Assembly: GCA_001600815.1 (NCBI GenBank)
Contig: BCKZ01000023.1
Span: 186,001 to 250,000, forward strand
From: Alloascoidea hylecoeti
Taxonomy: Eukaryota
Length of the DNA stretch: 64,000 nt
Direction of reading: 5' to 3'
Shown piece after piece: positions 10,383 through 23,560 of the stretch. Under the pieces are notes generated by a model. It saw only the letters and a program-made list of their open reading frames with translations. It had not been told where the DNA came from and did not search any database. A program made the position numbers and the translations under genes. Position 1 is the stretch's first letter; every line of letters starts with the position of its first letter.

Positions 10383-13300
10383 ATGCCTACCATCGAAGAA
10401 AAGCGACTAATTCAAGATAGAAAGAAGGAGAAGGTATGAAGGCAGAATAAATTCATATCTACAGTCGCCAATGCTATAGAGAAAAGTTTAAAATATAGTA
10501 GAGTTTATTCTAACAATAATAATAATAGTACTGGAAACGTTGGGGACCATATCTCAGTGAACGTCAATGGGTAAGTTTCTTCATTATTCTAACCATTGAG
10601 ATACATAAGTGGCGAATTGCTAACTAAAATTTTTTCAAGGCTACTGTTAGAGAAGATTATTCGTAAGTGGATTTCTTAAGTATTGAGAAACAATATTATT
10701 TGATGATGATTCTCCGATTGGAAATCCCTCATCGCTATTTCACTTGATTTGCTGATTGATATTACATCTGATTACAATAATATTTTTTCTAACTGATAAT
10801 TAAATATGCAGTCAAAATGGTGATGCTTGGAGTGATTTCCCACATGAGCAGGCTAGATCTAGAACATATCGTTGGGGTGAAGATGGTATTGCTGGAGTTT
10901 CCGATAATCATCAACTTATTTGTATTTCATTTGCTTTTTGGAATGAAAGAGATGATTTTTTAAAAGAACGTCTTTTTGGTTTAACAGGCCATCAAGGTAA
11001 TCATGGTGAAGATGTTAAAGAAATTTATTATTATTTAGATAATGTCCCTTCTCATTCTTATATGAAATACTTGTACAAGTATCCTCAAAAGAAATACCCT
11101 TATGAAAAACTTGTTGAAGAAACTTCAAAGAAATCAAGATTAGAACCAGAGTATGAGTTAACTGATACAGGTATATTTGATGATGATCGTTATTTTGATA
11201 TTTACATTGAGATGGCTAAACCAGCCAAAAACGAAGAGGAATTGTTGTTCAGAGTTACTGCTTATAATAGAGGTCCAGAACCAGCTCCATTACATATTAT
11301 TCCACAAATCTTTTTCAGAAACACTTGGTCTTGGGGAAATGAAGATTTAGAAAAACAGCCAATCCCAAACTTATCAAAAAATGATAACCTTTCAGCAACT
11401 TTAAATGTTGATCATTGGAAATTAGGTGGTAGACATGCTCAATTTTCACCATCACCTGGTATTAATGAAAATGATCAAGATATTGAACCAGAATTATTAT
11501 TTACAAATAATGAAACAAATTATAAGAAACTTTGGGGAGAAAAAAACAAATCTGATTTTGTCAAAGATGCCTTTCATGATTATATTGTTGATTCTGATGA
11601 AAAAGCAGTTAATCCAAAACATGAAGGTACAAAAGCTGCTGCATGGTATGCATTTAATGATGGTGATGGAATTCCTTCAAATGATTATGTTACTGTTCGT
11701 TTTAAATTTACAAATGGTAAACTTGCAAAATATATTGATGAAGAAGCTTTTGATAAAGTTTTTGAAAAGAGACAACGTGAAGCAGATGATTTTTATTGGA
11801 GTGTAAGTCCATTACCAATGCCAGATGATGTTCGTGCTGTTCAAAGACAAGCATTTTCTGGATTACTTTGGACTAAACAATTTTATCATTTTGTTCATGC
11901 ACAATGGTATAATGGTGATCCAAATAATCCTCCTCCACCAGCAGATCGAAAAAATGTAAGAAATCAAGCATGGCAACATTTGTATATCGATGATATTTTA
12001 TCATTACCAGACAAATGGGAATATCCATTTTTCGCTGCTTGGGATACTGCTTTCCACTGTATTCCTCTTGCTATGATTGATGCTGAATTTGCTAAAAAGC
12101 AATTAGATTTACTTACTAGAGAATGGTATATGCATCCTAATGGTCAAATTCCTGCATATGAGTGGAATTTCTCTGATGTTAACCCCCCAGTACATGCTTG
12201 GGCAGCCTATAGAACATTTAAAATTGAGAGGAAGATGTATGGAATTGAAGATATCGATTTCTTGGAACGTGTTTTCCAGAAATTGTTATTGAATTTTACA
12301 TGGTGGGTAAACAGAAAAGATAAAGATGGTAAGAATGTTTTTGAAGGAGGTTTTCTTGGTTTAGATAATATTGGTATATTTAATAGATCTGAACCATTAC
12401 CTACTGGTGGTGTATTAGAACAAGCTGATAGTACTGGTTGGATGGCCTTTTTTTGTCTACAAATGTTGAATATTAGTTTGGAATTGGCTAAAACAAGACC
12501 TGTTTATGAAGATATTGCTTCTAAGTTTTTCGAACATTTCTTGTTCATTGCAGATGCTATGACTTATAATTCAGGTGGTGGAGTTGAACGATCTCTATGG
12601 GATGAAGAAGATAATTTTTATTATGATGCAATTTCTTATGGAGGTCCATGGTCTCAATCATTACCTGTACGATCATTAGTTGGTTTAATTCCATTATATG
12701 CAAGTTTAACTTTAGAACCGGAGATGATTAATAAGTTCCCATCTTTTAAGAAGAGATTAGAATGGTTTATTGAAAAGAGAAGCGATATATCTTCAAGAAA
12801 TATTGCTGATCTATCTAGTCGTGGTGTCCATGAAAGATTGTTATTGGCACTCGTTGATAAAGATAGATTGATTCATATTTTGGAACGTATGTTAGATGAA
12901 GAAGAATTTTTATCTGATTATGGTATTAGATCATTATCAAAATTCCATAACAAGAATCCATTTTCAATGGATGTCAATGGAGAGCATTTCGTTGTTGATT
13001 ATGTACCTGGTGATTCTAATTCTGGTTTATTTGGAGGTAATTCAAATTGGAGGGGTCCAATTTGGTTCCCTACAAACTTTCTACTTATAGAATCATTACA
13101 AAGATTTTATTTGTATTATGGACCAGATTTAAAAGTTGAATGTCCTAAAAATTCAGGTACTTATTTAAATTTAGCTCAAGTTGCTGATGAATTACAACAT
13201 CGTTTGATTGATTTATTTTTACCTGATGATGATAAGTTTGGTGCAAGACCTTGTAATGGAGAAAATGACACTGTCAATTATAATGAAAACTTCCGTGATC

Positions 13301-13794
13301 ATGTTTTCTTTTATGAATTTTTTGATGGTGATACTGGTAGAGGGTTAGGTTCCTCACATCAATGTGGTTGGACTGCACTTGTTGCTAAGATGATTCATGA
13401 TACTGGTGTTTCAATGAAGGCAAAGAAAGCACCAAGAACCCCTCGATCCATTGCAGCCACTTATCTTGATGATGTTGATATTAGAAAACCTAAACCTTTT
13501 AGTCCAGGATCTGTTTTACAAAGACGTAAGAGTGCACATTCTATATTTTCTGGCCATGGGGAAAATGAAAGTAATGGATCCATTACTACAGATGGAATAC
13601 CAGTTGAAAACATTGAACAAGCGTTGTCTCAGTTTAACCTTTTATCTAAAAAGGATTCTTACGATGCAAATAGTAGTGATGAGGAAGAGCAGCAACAATT
13701 ATTAGAGAGAGTTAAATCGGCTATCGAAAGTTATAAATCGAGAGTTGAAGACAGTGACGATTCTTTGGATGATGAATTAGAAGCAAAAAATTAG
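10383..13794 (+). CDS. YMR196W-like glycoside hydrolase (GH63/MGH1-like); exons 10383-10433, 10529-10570, 10640-10662, 10812-13794
   Basis: Spliced N-terminus [34 protein letters not shown]; later PDKWEYPFFAAWDTAFH, YEWNFSDVNPPVHAW, GGNSNWRGPIW, SHQCGWT. Confidence 0.9.
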
Positions 13795-14244
13795 AGGATA
13801 ATTAAAATATTAGATGTTGAGTATTTGAGGAGGGACATTTTGTGAACCATATACATTGTTTTAAAGAGTGATATAATATAGATATTTACAGGTATTAGTG
13901 ATTTTATTTTTATGATCATATTGTTTCTAAATAAACTCTAGGGTCATGTGACCCAGCAGTACACCCATACATCCACCATCAAGATTTGCAGTTCCGCTTT
14001 CTTCAAGAATCATAAAGTTCTCCTCGAAAAAGACATTCCGAAACACACGAAAGAATCGCTTGGAATTTGATAAATTACACGTTTCATAACTAATACATTC
14101 ACTTGGACTCGGTTTGATTAAAAACAGTTTACAAAGACACGCAATTTTTCACTCACGTGTTTGAATTTTTTTATTTTCTAATTTTGGTTGTTTATACAGA
14201 CGAAACAAAACCAGCCACACCTTTCTAAATCTGTTAATAAGAAT

Positions 14245-15462
14245 ATGGCTACACTGAATTATACGCAGTATGTGGATCCTCAGGATCCAAACCGTTCATC
14301 TGCCGTCACCCACGATCAACAGTATCTGATACAGCAGCAGAAAGATATGTTGTCTGAGTTGGGGCATCAACAAACATCCCCACAGAGCCCCCAACAGCAA
14401 TCTCATCGGAGTCCTACAGATGGTTCTACAGGCCCACCCCAGCAAGATGGTACTTCTAATCGGCAACAATCTCAAACAATGCCTCTAGGGAATCAGGGTT
14501 CCTCTCCTAATAACAGGGGGGATGACGACGCGAACGCTCCCCAGTACCAATCATTAGAACACACTTATGGATCCTTTTCGGCTGTTCCCAATCCCAATGA
14601 TCGGACTCAGCATCAAATTCTTAACGTCCCCTCTCAAGGATCGGGAGTACCTGGTCTTTCTGTTCAACAAATTCCCATGCAAGGACTAAATAAAATGCCA
14701 TTTCAATATCCAGGATCGCCACAGTCAAATGAGATGGCGTATTTACCACCAGTTCCCCCACAACAACAGCAGCAAATGTCTCCTCAGATACCACAACAGC
14801 AGGTAGTATCGCAGGGGGTCCCACAGCACGGATCTCAATTACCTCAGGGGGTACAGCAAGTCCCTCTTCAACAAGAAATGGAACCCGTTTCAGAACAACC
14901 TTTTTATGTAAATGCTAAACAATATCACCGTATTTTGAAACGACGGATTGCAAGAGCAAAATTGGAAGAGAGTCTAAAAGTTGCTAGAGGTCGAAGACCC
15001 TACTTACATGAATCCCGACATAAGCATGCGATGAGGAGGCCGAGGGGTCAAGGAGGTAGATTTTTAACGGCTGCTGAGATTGCCGAGAGAGAAGCACAAG
15101 AAAAGAAAGAAAGAGAATCTACAGAAGGAACCAATAGAGGTGGCGAAGCACCAGAGGTATTGGGTGGTGTGATAGAAACAGTTAAAGAAGAAGATGTTAA
15201 AATGAATATAAGTGGAGATGAGCAGATGAAAGAAAGTAAAAATAATAGCAACAATAATTTACACGAAAATGGATTATCAAATCATGAAGATAGTGTTGCT
15301 GTTGAAATTAATAGTAATGGAGCAACTTTAAATGGAAATACAAATATTGAGAGTGATCCCGAAGTTCATGTTCCTTCTTCACCCCAAAATTCAGATCATG
15401 AGATGATAACTAACGATAATGAGAGAGAGGTTGAGGAAAATCTAAAGCCACTTGATGAATGA
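14245..15462 (+). CDS. HAP2: CCAAT-binding factor subunit Hap2 (NF-YA)
   Basis: [25 protein letters not shown]...[24 protein letters not shown] core after a Q-rich N-terminus; first in-frame ATG at 14245. Confidence 0.93.
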   Translation: MATLNYTQYVDPQDPNRSSAVTHDQQYLIQQQKDMLSELGHQQTSPQSPQQQSHRSPTDGSTGPPQQDGTSNRQQSQTMPLGNQGSSPNNRGDDDANAPQYQSLEHTYGSFSAVPNPNDRTQHQILNVPSQGSGVPGLSVQQIPMQGLNKMPFQYPGSPQSNEMAYLPPVPPQQQQQMSPQIPQQQVVSQGVPQHGSQLPQGVQQVPLQQEMEPVSEQPFYVNAKQYHRILKRRIARAKLEESLKVARGRRPYLHESRHKHAMRRPRGQGGRFLTAAEIAEREAQEKKERESTEGTNRGGEAPEVLGGVIETVKEEDVKMNISGDEQMKESKNNSNNNLHENGLSNHEDSVAVEINSNGATLNGNTNIESDPEVHVPSSPQNSDHEMITNDNEREVEENLKPLDE

Positions 15463-16101
15463 ATAATACAATGAGTTATAAGTGTAAAAACTTCTTTTTT
15501 TTTCCCCCCTTCACATTCTCTTTATGTCTTCAATATTTTTTTGTTGTTGTGTTTTAAATCTTTACTTTTTATTTGATGTTGTTTACACTAATAATGTATT
15601 TATGATGAAAAAAAAAAGAGATTGAGTTTTGATAAAATTTAATTAAAATGAAATGAATGAGAATTTGGAAAAACCTCTAATAAACAAAATAAAGAGATGA
15701 AGTATAAATTATTCAACAGCATCGATATCATTTTCCTGTTTAGAAACTTTTCCCCGCTTAAGCTTCCTTTTTTTTTCGATTTACGATTATAACTCAATTA
15801 CAATTACAATAACAATCTAAAACAATTTTTTTTTGTTCCCCTTGCCACTTTTTGATCACTTTTAGGAATAAAAACTATGATATGTTAGTTAAGTACGCTT
15901 TATAATAAAGATCTAATTTATTTTTTTGAATTTATTATTGAAATCAGATTTATGGGTGTAATGTAGTTACCCTGTTTTCGTGTTGTTTTTGTTTTTAAAT
16001 TTTGAAAAGAAACAACTTCAAAAGAAACGAAATCTTTTCTTTTTTCTTTGTATACTTTTAAACGTACTGATAAAAGATCCTATTTTGCTATTTCCATTAA
16101 G

Positions 16102-19100
16102 ATGAGTCAGGAATTGAATCAAATCGCAAATCTTTTACAGCAAAGTTTGCAACCTCAGTTTGCTAAAGAAGGTATGTTTTTTTATTGAATCTGAAAAACT
16201 GAGGAGGTGAAATATTCATAAATTAAGAAATATTTAAATTCCTATCAGAATTTAATCAACGAATTTTTTTTCACTAACTTGTTTATAGCTGAAAAACAAC
16301 TCCGCTCAGTTGAAGATAATCAAGGGTTTGCTATCTTGCTGCTACATATAGTTGCCTCCCAGAATTTAGATCCAGGTACAAGACTGGCTGCAGCATTGTT
16401 TTTCAAGAACTTCATTAGGAGAAAATGGACTGTATGTGTCAATTCTTCTGAGTCGTTTACAAATTATAATTCAATTCTAACTGAACACTTTTTTCTTTAT
16501 TCTTAGGACGAGGATAGAAATTATTTGATTCCAGAGCAAGATGTAGTTTATGTTAAAGAAGAAATCATCACTTTAATGATTACATTACCAAATAACTTGC
16601 AAGTCCAGATTGGAGAAGCAGTTAGTATTATAGCTGATTCAGACTTCCCGGATCGTTGGCCTCAATTGCTTGATGTAAGTTTTTACTCGTATCATTTGAT
16701 ACTTATATAATGAACTAACATTTTTCATAATAGTCTTTGGTTCAAAAATTGGATCCAAATAATATGGTGGTTAATGAAGGCGTATTAACAGTTGCACATT
16801 CAATTTTTAAACGTTGGAGACCTTTATTTCGATCTGATGCTTTATTTACAGAAATTAAATATGTTTTGGAAAATTTTAGTCAACCATTTTTAAATTTATT
16901 ACAAAGAGTTGATTTATTAATTAAAGAAAATTCAAATAATAAAAATGAATTAATAAAATTATTTCAAGTTATGTTATTATTAATTAAAATTTATTATGAT
17001 TTAAATTGTCAAGATATTCCTGAATTTTTTGAAGATAATTTAGAAATTGGAATGTCAATAATTCATACAATTTTTAATTATCAAAATCCATTATTAAATA
17101 CTGATGATGATGATGAAGCAGGAATTTTAGAAAAAATTAAATCTGCAATTTGTGAATTAATTCAATTATATACTGTTCAATATGAAGATGTTTTCCAATC
17201 AAAAATTCCAATTTTTATTGAAACTTGCTGGAGTTTACTTGTTAGTATTGGTCCTGAATCAAAATATGATATTTTAGTTTCAAAAGCACTTGGATTTTTA
17301 ACAGCTGTTGCTAAAATGCCTAGACATTCTGATGTTTTTAAAACAGAACAAGCAATTAAAGAAATTACAGAAAAAATAATTTTACCAAATATACAATTAA
17401 GAGATTCAGATGAAGAATTATTTGAAGATGATCCAATTGAATATACTAGAAGAGATTTAGAAGGATCTGATACTGATACAAGAAGAAGAGCAGCAACTGA
17501 TTTCTTACGGGAATTAAAAGATGGTGAACAATCATCTGCAACTCAAATTATTATGGAATATGTTTCAAGATATTTACAAGAATGGCAACAAGATAATTCT
17601 AAATGGAGGGCTAAAGACACTGCTGTTTATTTGTTTACATCAATTGCAGTTAAGGGAACAATTTCCACATCAGGTGTTTCATCATCAAATTTACTTTTAG
17701 ATGTTGTTGGATTTTTCAGTACAAATATTGCACCTGATTTATTAAATAAAAATGGTAATCCAATTTTAATAGTTGATGCAATTAAATATATTTATACATT
17801 TAGAAATCAATTAACAAAACAACAATTATTAGAAGCATTTCCTTTATTATCATTACACTTTTTATCAAATGAATATGTTGTTTATACATATACAGCAATT
17901 ACATTTGAAAAAATTTTAAGTATTAGAAATGATAATGGATCATTTATATTTGATAAGGATGATATATCACCATTTTCACAAGAATTATTAAATAATTTAT
18001 TTGGATTAATTTTAAGAGGTTCAACACCAGAAAAATTAGCAGAAAATGAATTTTTAATGAAATGTATAATGAGAGTTTTAATAACAACATCAACTAATGT
18101 TAAATTATATGGTGACGCTGTTTTAGGTAAATTAATTGAAATTATTTTAGAAATTTCTAAAAATCCTTCAAATCCAAGATTTTCTCACTATAGTTTTGAA
18201 GCAATTAGTATTTTAATTAAATCAATTATTTTAAATAATGGTTCAAAACATATTCAAGAATTAATTTTCCCATCGTTTTTATCATTATTATCACAAGATG
18301 TTCAAGAATTTGTACCATATATTTTACAAATTTTTTCATTTATATTGGAATTAACACCAAATTCAGAAGGTGTTTCAGATAATTTTAAACAATTAATTGG
18401 TCCTTTATTATCACCAGCAGTTTGGGAATTTCGTGGAAATATTCCAGCAATTGTTAGATTATTAAAAGCAATTATTTCTAAAAATCCTGAATTATTTAAT
18501 AATAATGATTCATTAACACCATTATTAGGTGTATTTCAAAAATTGATTTCAAGTAAAGCAAATGATAATTATGGATTTGAATTAATTGAAAATATTTTTA
18601 TTTATATACCATTTAATACCTTAAATAATTTTACAAAAACAATTGCAACATTATTATTAACAAGATTACAAAATTCAAAAACTGATAAATTTATTAAATT
18701 ATTTACAAGATTAATTTGTTTTTTATCAGCTATTGAAACAAATCAATTAGGTCCAACTTATTCAATTGAATTTATTGATCAAGTTCAAAATGGATTATTT
18801 GGTAATATTTTTTCAACTTTCATTTTACCAACTGCTTTAAACATAACAAATAATTTAGATAAAAAAATTATTATTGTTGGTTTAACAAAAATTTTAACAG
18901 AAAATCAAAAATTTATTAGTGGTGATTATAGTGATAAATGGATACCAGCATTAGATGAAGTTATTCAATTAGCAGTTTCAAATTCTGTTATTTCAACATC
19001 TGCTAGTGCACAGGCACAAACTGGTGTTAGTTTAGAAGCATTGGATGAAATTGCTTTTGAACAAGTTGGATTTGGATCACATTTCTCAAAATTGGTAATG

Positions 19101-19295
19101 ACTACTGTAAAACCTTTGGATCCATTACCGGCTATTAGTTTATATCATAATACAAGTGATACTAATATTAATATTAAAGTATATGTTAGACAAAAATTGA
19201 ACTTATTGGATAAAGAAATTGGTGGAGGATTAGGTAGAATTGTTGAACAGTTAAGTGAAAAGGGAAAAGAAGGGTTTAAACAATTGGCATTTTAA
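16102..19295 (+). CDS. CSE1: Importin-alpha export receptor Cse1; exons 16102-16171, 16289-16431, 16507-16674, 16734-19295
   Basis: RLAAALFFKNFIRRKW, IADSDFPDRWP, AHSIFKRWRPLFRSDALF, DLNCQDIPEFFED, EDDPIEYTRRDLEGSDTDTRRRAATDFLREL; canonical introns with CTAAC branch sites. Confidence 0.95.
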
Positions 19296-19495
19296 TTAAA
19301 TTTAAAGAAGTTGAATATATAATGAGATGTGGAAATGTTCATATAAAAATGTTTTCTTAGATATAAAAAAAACTTTACTTAAATAAAATATACCATAAAT
19401 ATAACATACAAGTCCTTCTTGATAATTCCAGGAACTTTATATAACTGGCACAGTTCCAAAAACTCATGTGGGAAAGTTGATCGAACATTATTCTA

Positions 19496-19572
19496 GATAG
19501 TCATTAGTATAGTCGTAACATCGTAAGTCGTGTAACGTTAAATCAAGGGTTCGATCCTGACGACTAACTTTT
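19496..19572 (+). pseudogene. Possible degenerate tRNA-like relic
   Basis: A-box-like TAGTATAGTCG, B-box GGTTCGATCC, 6/7-pair acceptor-like stem TAGTCAT/ACGACTA, then TTTT; anticodon arm does not fold convincingly. Confidence 0.3.
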
Positions 19573-19721
19573 CTAGTAAAATGAATTCCCAATCACTGTT
19601 CCTTACTTTCACGGATAGTACATTAACGAGGCTAGTGGAAGCTGCTCCACTAACTGCCTTCAACAAGTACGCCCCAATTGCAGAAAAGATTTCCGAGAAA
19701 ACAATAAAAGCAACAAACACC

Positions 19722-19770
19722 AAAACTAAAAACTAAAAACTAAAAACTAAAAACTAAATAACTAAATAAA
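19722..19770. repeat. (AAAAACT)n-like short tandem repeat
   Basis: aaaactaaaaactaaaaactaaaaactaaaaactaaataactaaat. Confidence 0.8.
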
Positions 19771-20305
19771 AATTAAAAAAAAATATAATAAAAATTAAAT
19801 AATTTATAATTTTTAAATATAATCATTGTTAATACCAGTGGCCACTTGAAAAGAGAAATTAATAATTATTATTATATGTCAGAGGTTGACCGTTGATCCC
19901 AGTTGCTAAACAAGTAATTTTTACCTATAGGCCTATACTACAATGCTAGAAGTATGGAACTTATAGCTAAATTCAATCAAGCTTAAGTAAGAAATAAATG
20001 TTGATATAACTTATTAATTACTTACTTCTAACCAAAGATTTTTCTTTACTGATATCTTTAGTTTTGAAATAGTTGGAGGAATGCTTTTATCTAACTGAAT
20101 GTTAACTTTCGATTGATCATGATCGTTGTGAGATCACATAATAACAGTAAATTTAGATAAAAAAAAAAGTAATTGGTGCATTATTCATTGTAATTAATAT
20201 TAAAAGAAAGGGAAAAAAAAGAAAAAAAGGTTTTAAATTAAATTTAAAAAGACCGACATCTTTAGACATCTTTTCTTCTCCACACAAATTATTAACTTAA
20301 CAAAA

Positions 20306-21387
20306 ATGACCTCTCCAAATTATGAAAACCTTCTTCCAATTAGTGGAGCTTGGAAAACAGATGTTACAAACTGGTTATCCGAAGATATCCCTTCTTTTGA
20401 TTTTGGAGGATTTGTCGTTGGATCAGATATAAAATCCGCTACTTTGTACTGCAAACAAGAGGTATATTTCATTTCGAATTCATAATATTCATATAACTTT
20501 TCAAAGACTAATTATGATGATAAATAGGGTGTTTTGGCAGGTGTTCCATTTGCACAAGAAGTCTTTGATCAATGTCGTTTAAAAGTAACTTGGAATTTTA
20601 AAGAAGGTGATTATCTTGATCCTAATAAAATTGGTAAAAATGGAAAAATTCCAGTTGCAAAAGTTGAAGGACCTGTTAAAAATGTTTTAATTGCTGAAAG
20701 AACTGCTTTAAATTTATTAGCTAGAGCTTCTGGAATTGCTACACAGTAAGTTTATTTCATTTTTTGTTATTTATTTTTTCAAGGAATACTAAAAAAGAAT
20801 AGATCAAATAAAGTGATTACTTTAGCTAGACAGAATGGGTATAAGGGATTAATTGCAGGGACTAGAAAGACTACACCTGGATTAAGAAGACTTGAGAAGT
20901 ATGCGATGCTTGTTGGAGGTGTTGATACACATAGATATGATTTGTCGTCCATGGTGATGTTGAAGGACAATCATATTTGGGCTACGGGTAAGTTAACATA
21001 CGAATACTGTTATTATTTTAATATCTAACTAACACGCACGTTATAGGATCCATCACCAAAGCTGTCCATAGTGCTCGATCTGTCTGTGGATTTGCCATCA
21101 AAATCGAAGTTGAATGCCAAAGTGAAGAAGAAGCAAATGAAGCAATCTCAGCAGGTGCTGATGTTGTTATGTTGGATAATTTTGTTGGAGAAGGTTTAAA
21201 AATTGCAGCCAATAATATTAAATCAAAATGGTTAGGATCAAATAAACAATTTTTAATTGAATGTAGTGGAGGATTAAAATTAGAAAATTTAAAAGAATAT
21301 TTATGTGATGAAGTTGATATTTATTCAACTTCTAGTATTCATCAAGGAACGGGTGTTGTTGATTTTAGTTTGAAAATTGATAAATAG
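20306..21387 (+). CDS. BNA6: Quinolinate phosphoribosyltransferase; exons 20306-20461, 20528-20745, 20803-20987, 21047-21387
   Basis: [93 protein letters not shown]. Confidence 0.95.
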
Positions 21388-21448
21388 TCAACCTCCATTA
21401 TTCATACTCTATATTATTCATACTGTATAATCATAAATATCAATATAA

Positions 21449-22217
21449 ATGGATTTTCAAGATCAGATTTCTTTAGATTCCGATGAGGATGAAAGACAAG
21501 AAGATAACTTGACATTAGAACAAGAAACACAAATCTTTTATACACATTGTGAGTTTACCCTCAAAATCATCTTCCACATATCTACCAACTAACACCCATC
21601 ATTTCAGGTCTCGATAATGAAGAAAACGCCACTGTCACAGAAGTAGGTCAATTAGCAGCCTGGTCCTGTTCATCATTCAAAGAAGAATGTCCAATTTCAA
21701 AAATTCGAGATGATGATCCAGAAACATATTGGCAATCAGACGGTTCACAACCACATTTTATTGATATTCATTTTAGTAAACAAATAAATGTTAAAATTAT
21801 AGGGATTTTTATTGATCATGACAGAGATGAAAGTTATACACCAATTGAATTAGAAATTCAAGCAGGTAATGGATATCATGATATATTAAATGTTATTAAT
21901 TTTAAAACTTTAAGACGTGGATGGAATTTAATTAGATTTAATAATAAATCAAATGATAAAATTTTAAAAACTTTTTTAATTAGAATTATTATTATTGGGA
22001 ATTTACAAGATGGAAAGGATACAAGGATACGACAAATAAAAGTGTTTTCTCCAAAAGAGTATGTTTCCATTATGTTTTTCTATTTTTTAAATTTTTTTTT
22101 TCTAACACATATATATATATATGTTTTTTTGTTTTTAGTCATTCATCGATTGAAACTGGGGAAATTGGATTACCATTTACAAGTATTAAAATGCTTTCAG
22201 AAACATCAATTCGCTAG
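21449..22217 (+). CDS. DOC1: APC/C subunit Apc10/Doc1; exons 21449-21548, 21608-22058, 22139-22217 (absent from the ORF track)
   Basis: Hand translation gives LAAWSCSSFK, RDDDPETYWQSDGSQPHFIDIHF, DESYTP, DGKDTRIRQIKVF and a C-terminal IR tail (ETSIR*); GTGAGT/GTATGT donors. Confidence 0.92.
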
Positions 22218-22289
22218 CGATTTTTATCTCATCCTATCCTAATGATAATTTATATATTTAATCAAAATTTTTATATCATTATTTATATT

Positions 22290-23518
22290 TTATGTTACAC
22301 TAGCCAATTCAGTAACAAATTTATGTTGAATAACTTTTAAAATTTTTAATAACATAAAATCATTTAAATCATTCATATAATTAATTTGGTTTAAAGTTTC
22401 AATTAAATCTAATAATAATTTTCTTTGTTTTAATTTTTTTTTACTATTACTTTGATTTTTATTCTTTAAATTAATCATTTTTAAAATTGATGAAATTTCA
22501 GTTGCTTGTAAGATGATAGTTTTTGGTAAATTTGTTGATGATGCTATTTTTATACCATATGTTATTTGGTTTGGTTTACCTTTTGATATTTTATATTGCA
22601 TTTTGATTTCATTTTCTTTAAGCTATTTCGTGATTCAAGTTAGAAAACAAATCTATTAAGATATAAGGAATTGGGTATAACATACTTCTGTTTCCATATG
22701 AAGTTGAATAACTCCAGGTTTACCCTTTAACACCTCCGGCATCTCATGAAAATGCGTAGATAAAAAAACAAATGCCTTCAACAAAAAACCGTTAGAAACA
22801 CATACATTTTAAAGCATATTTAAAATGAAAAAAATAAAAATAAAATAATAAAATAAAAGAATAAAATAAAACAAACATTAATAGGTATTAAACTTTCAGT
22901 AATTGCTAAACTTATTGCAAAGCCATCAGAAACACTTGATCCTCTACCTAATTCATCAATTATAATTAAACTTTTATTATTAATTTCTCTTAAAATATAT
23001 GACATTTCTGTCATTTCCATTGAAAATGATGATGAATTAACTTCAGGATTATCAATTGCTATTCTTGCATGTAATGATTCAATTATTGGCATTAGGGCAT
23101 AATCACATGGTAATCTAAGAAATAAAATTCATTGTATTAATTAATTAATTAATTAATTGGTATTTTAAATGTTTAAATAAGGATTGATAGGGGTATGCTT
23201 ACAAACTTCCAATTTGTGCCATTATTACTAATAAAGAAACTTGTTTTAAATAGACTGATTTACCACTCATATTTGCTAAACGGTATAATTTTCAATTAAT
23301 TTAATTTGAATTTGAATTTTAAAGGTATTTTTCTTATGAATATGAATGGGTATGATACTTACTACCAGTTATAATTTGAACTCTTGATGTTGATTTTAAA
23401 GAGCATATATCATTTGAAATAAAAGGTTTTTTCCAAATTTTTTCTAAAATTGGATGTCTACTTGATTTAATTGTGAACTTATCACTAAATTCAGGGACAA
23501 CTTTTCAAATTTTCTTCA

Positions 23519-23560
<42 letters not shown>

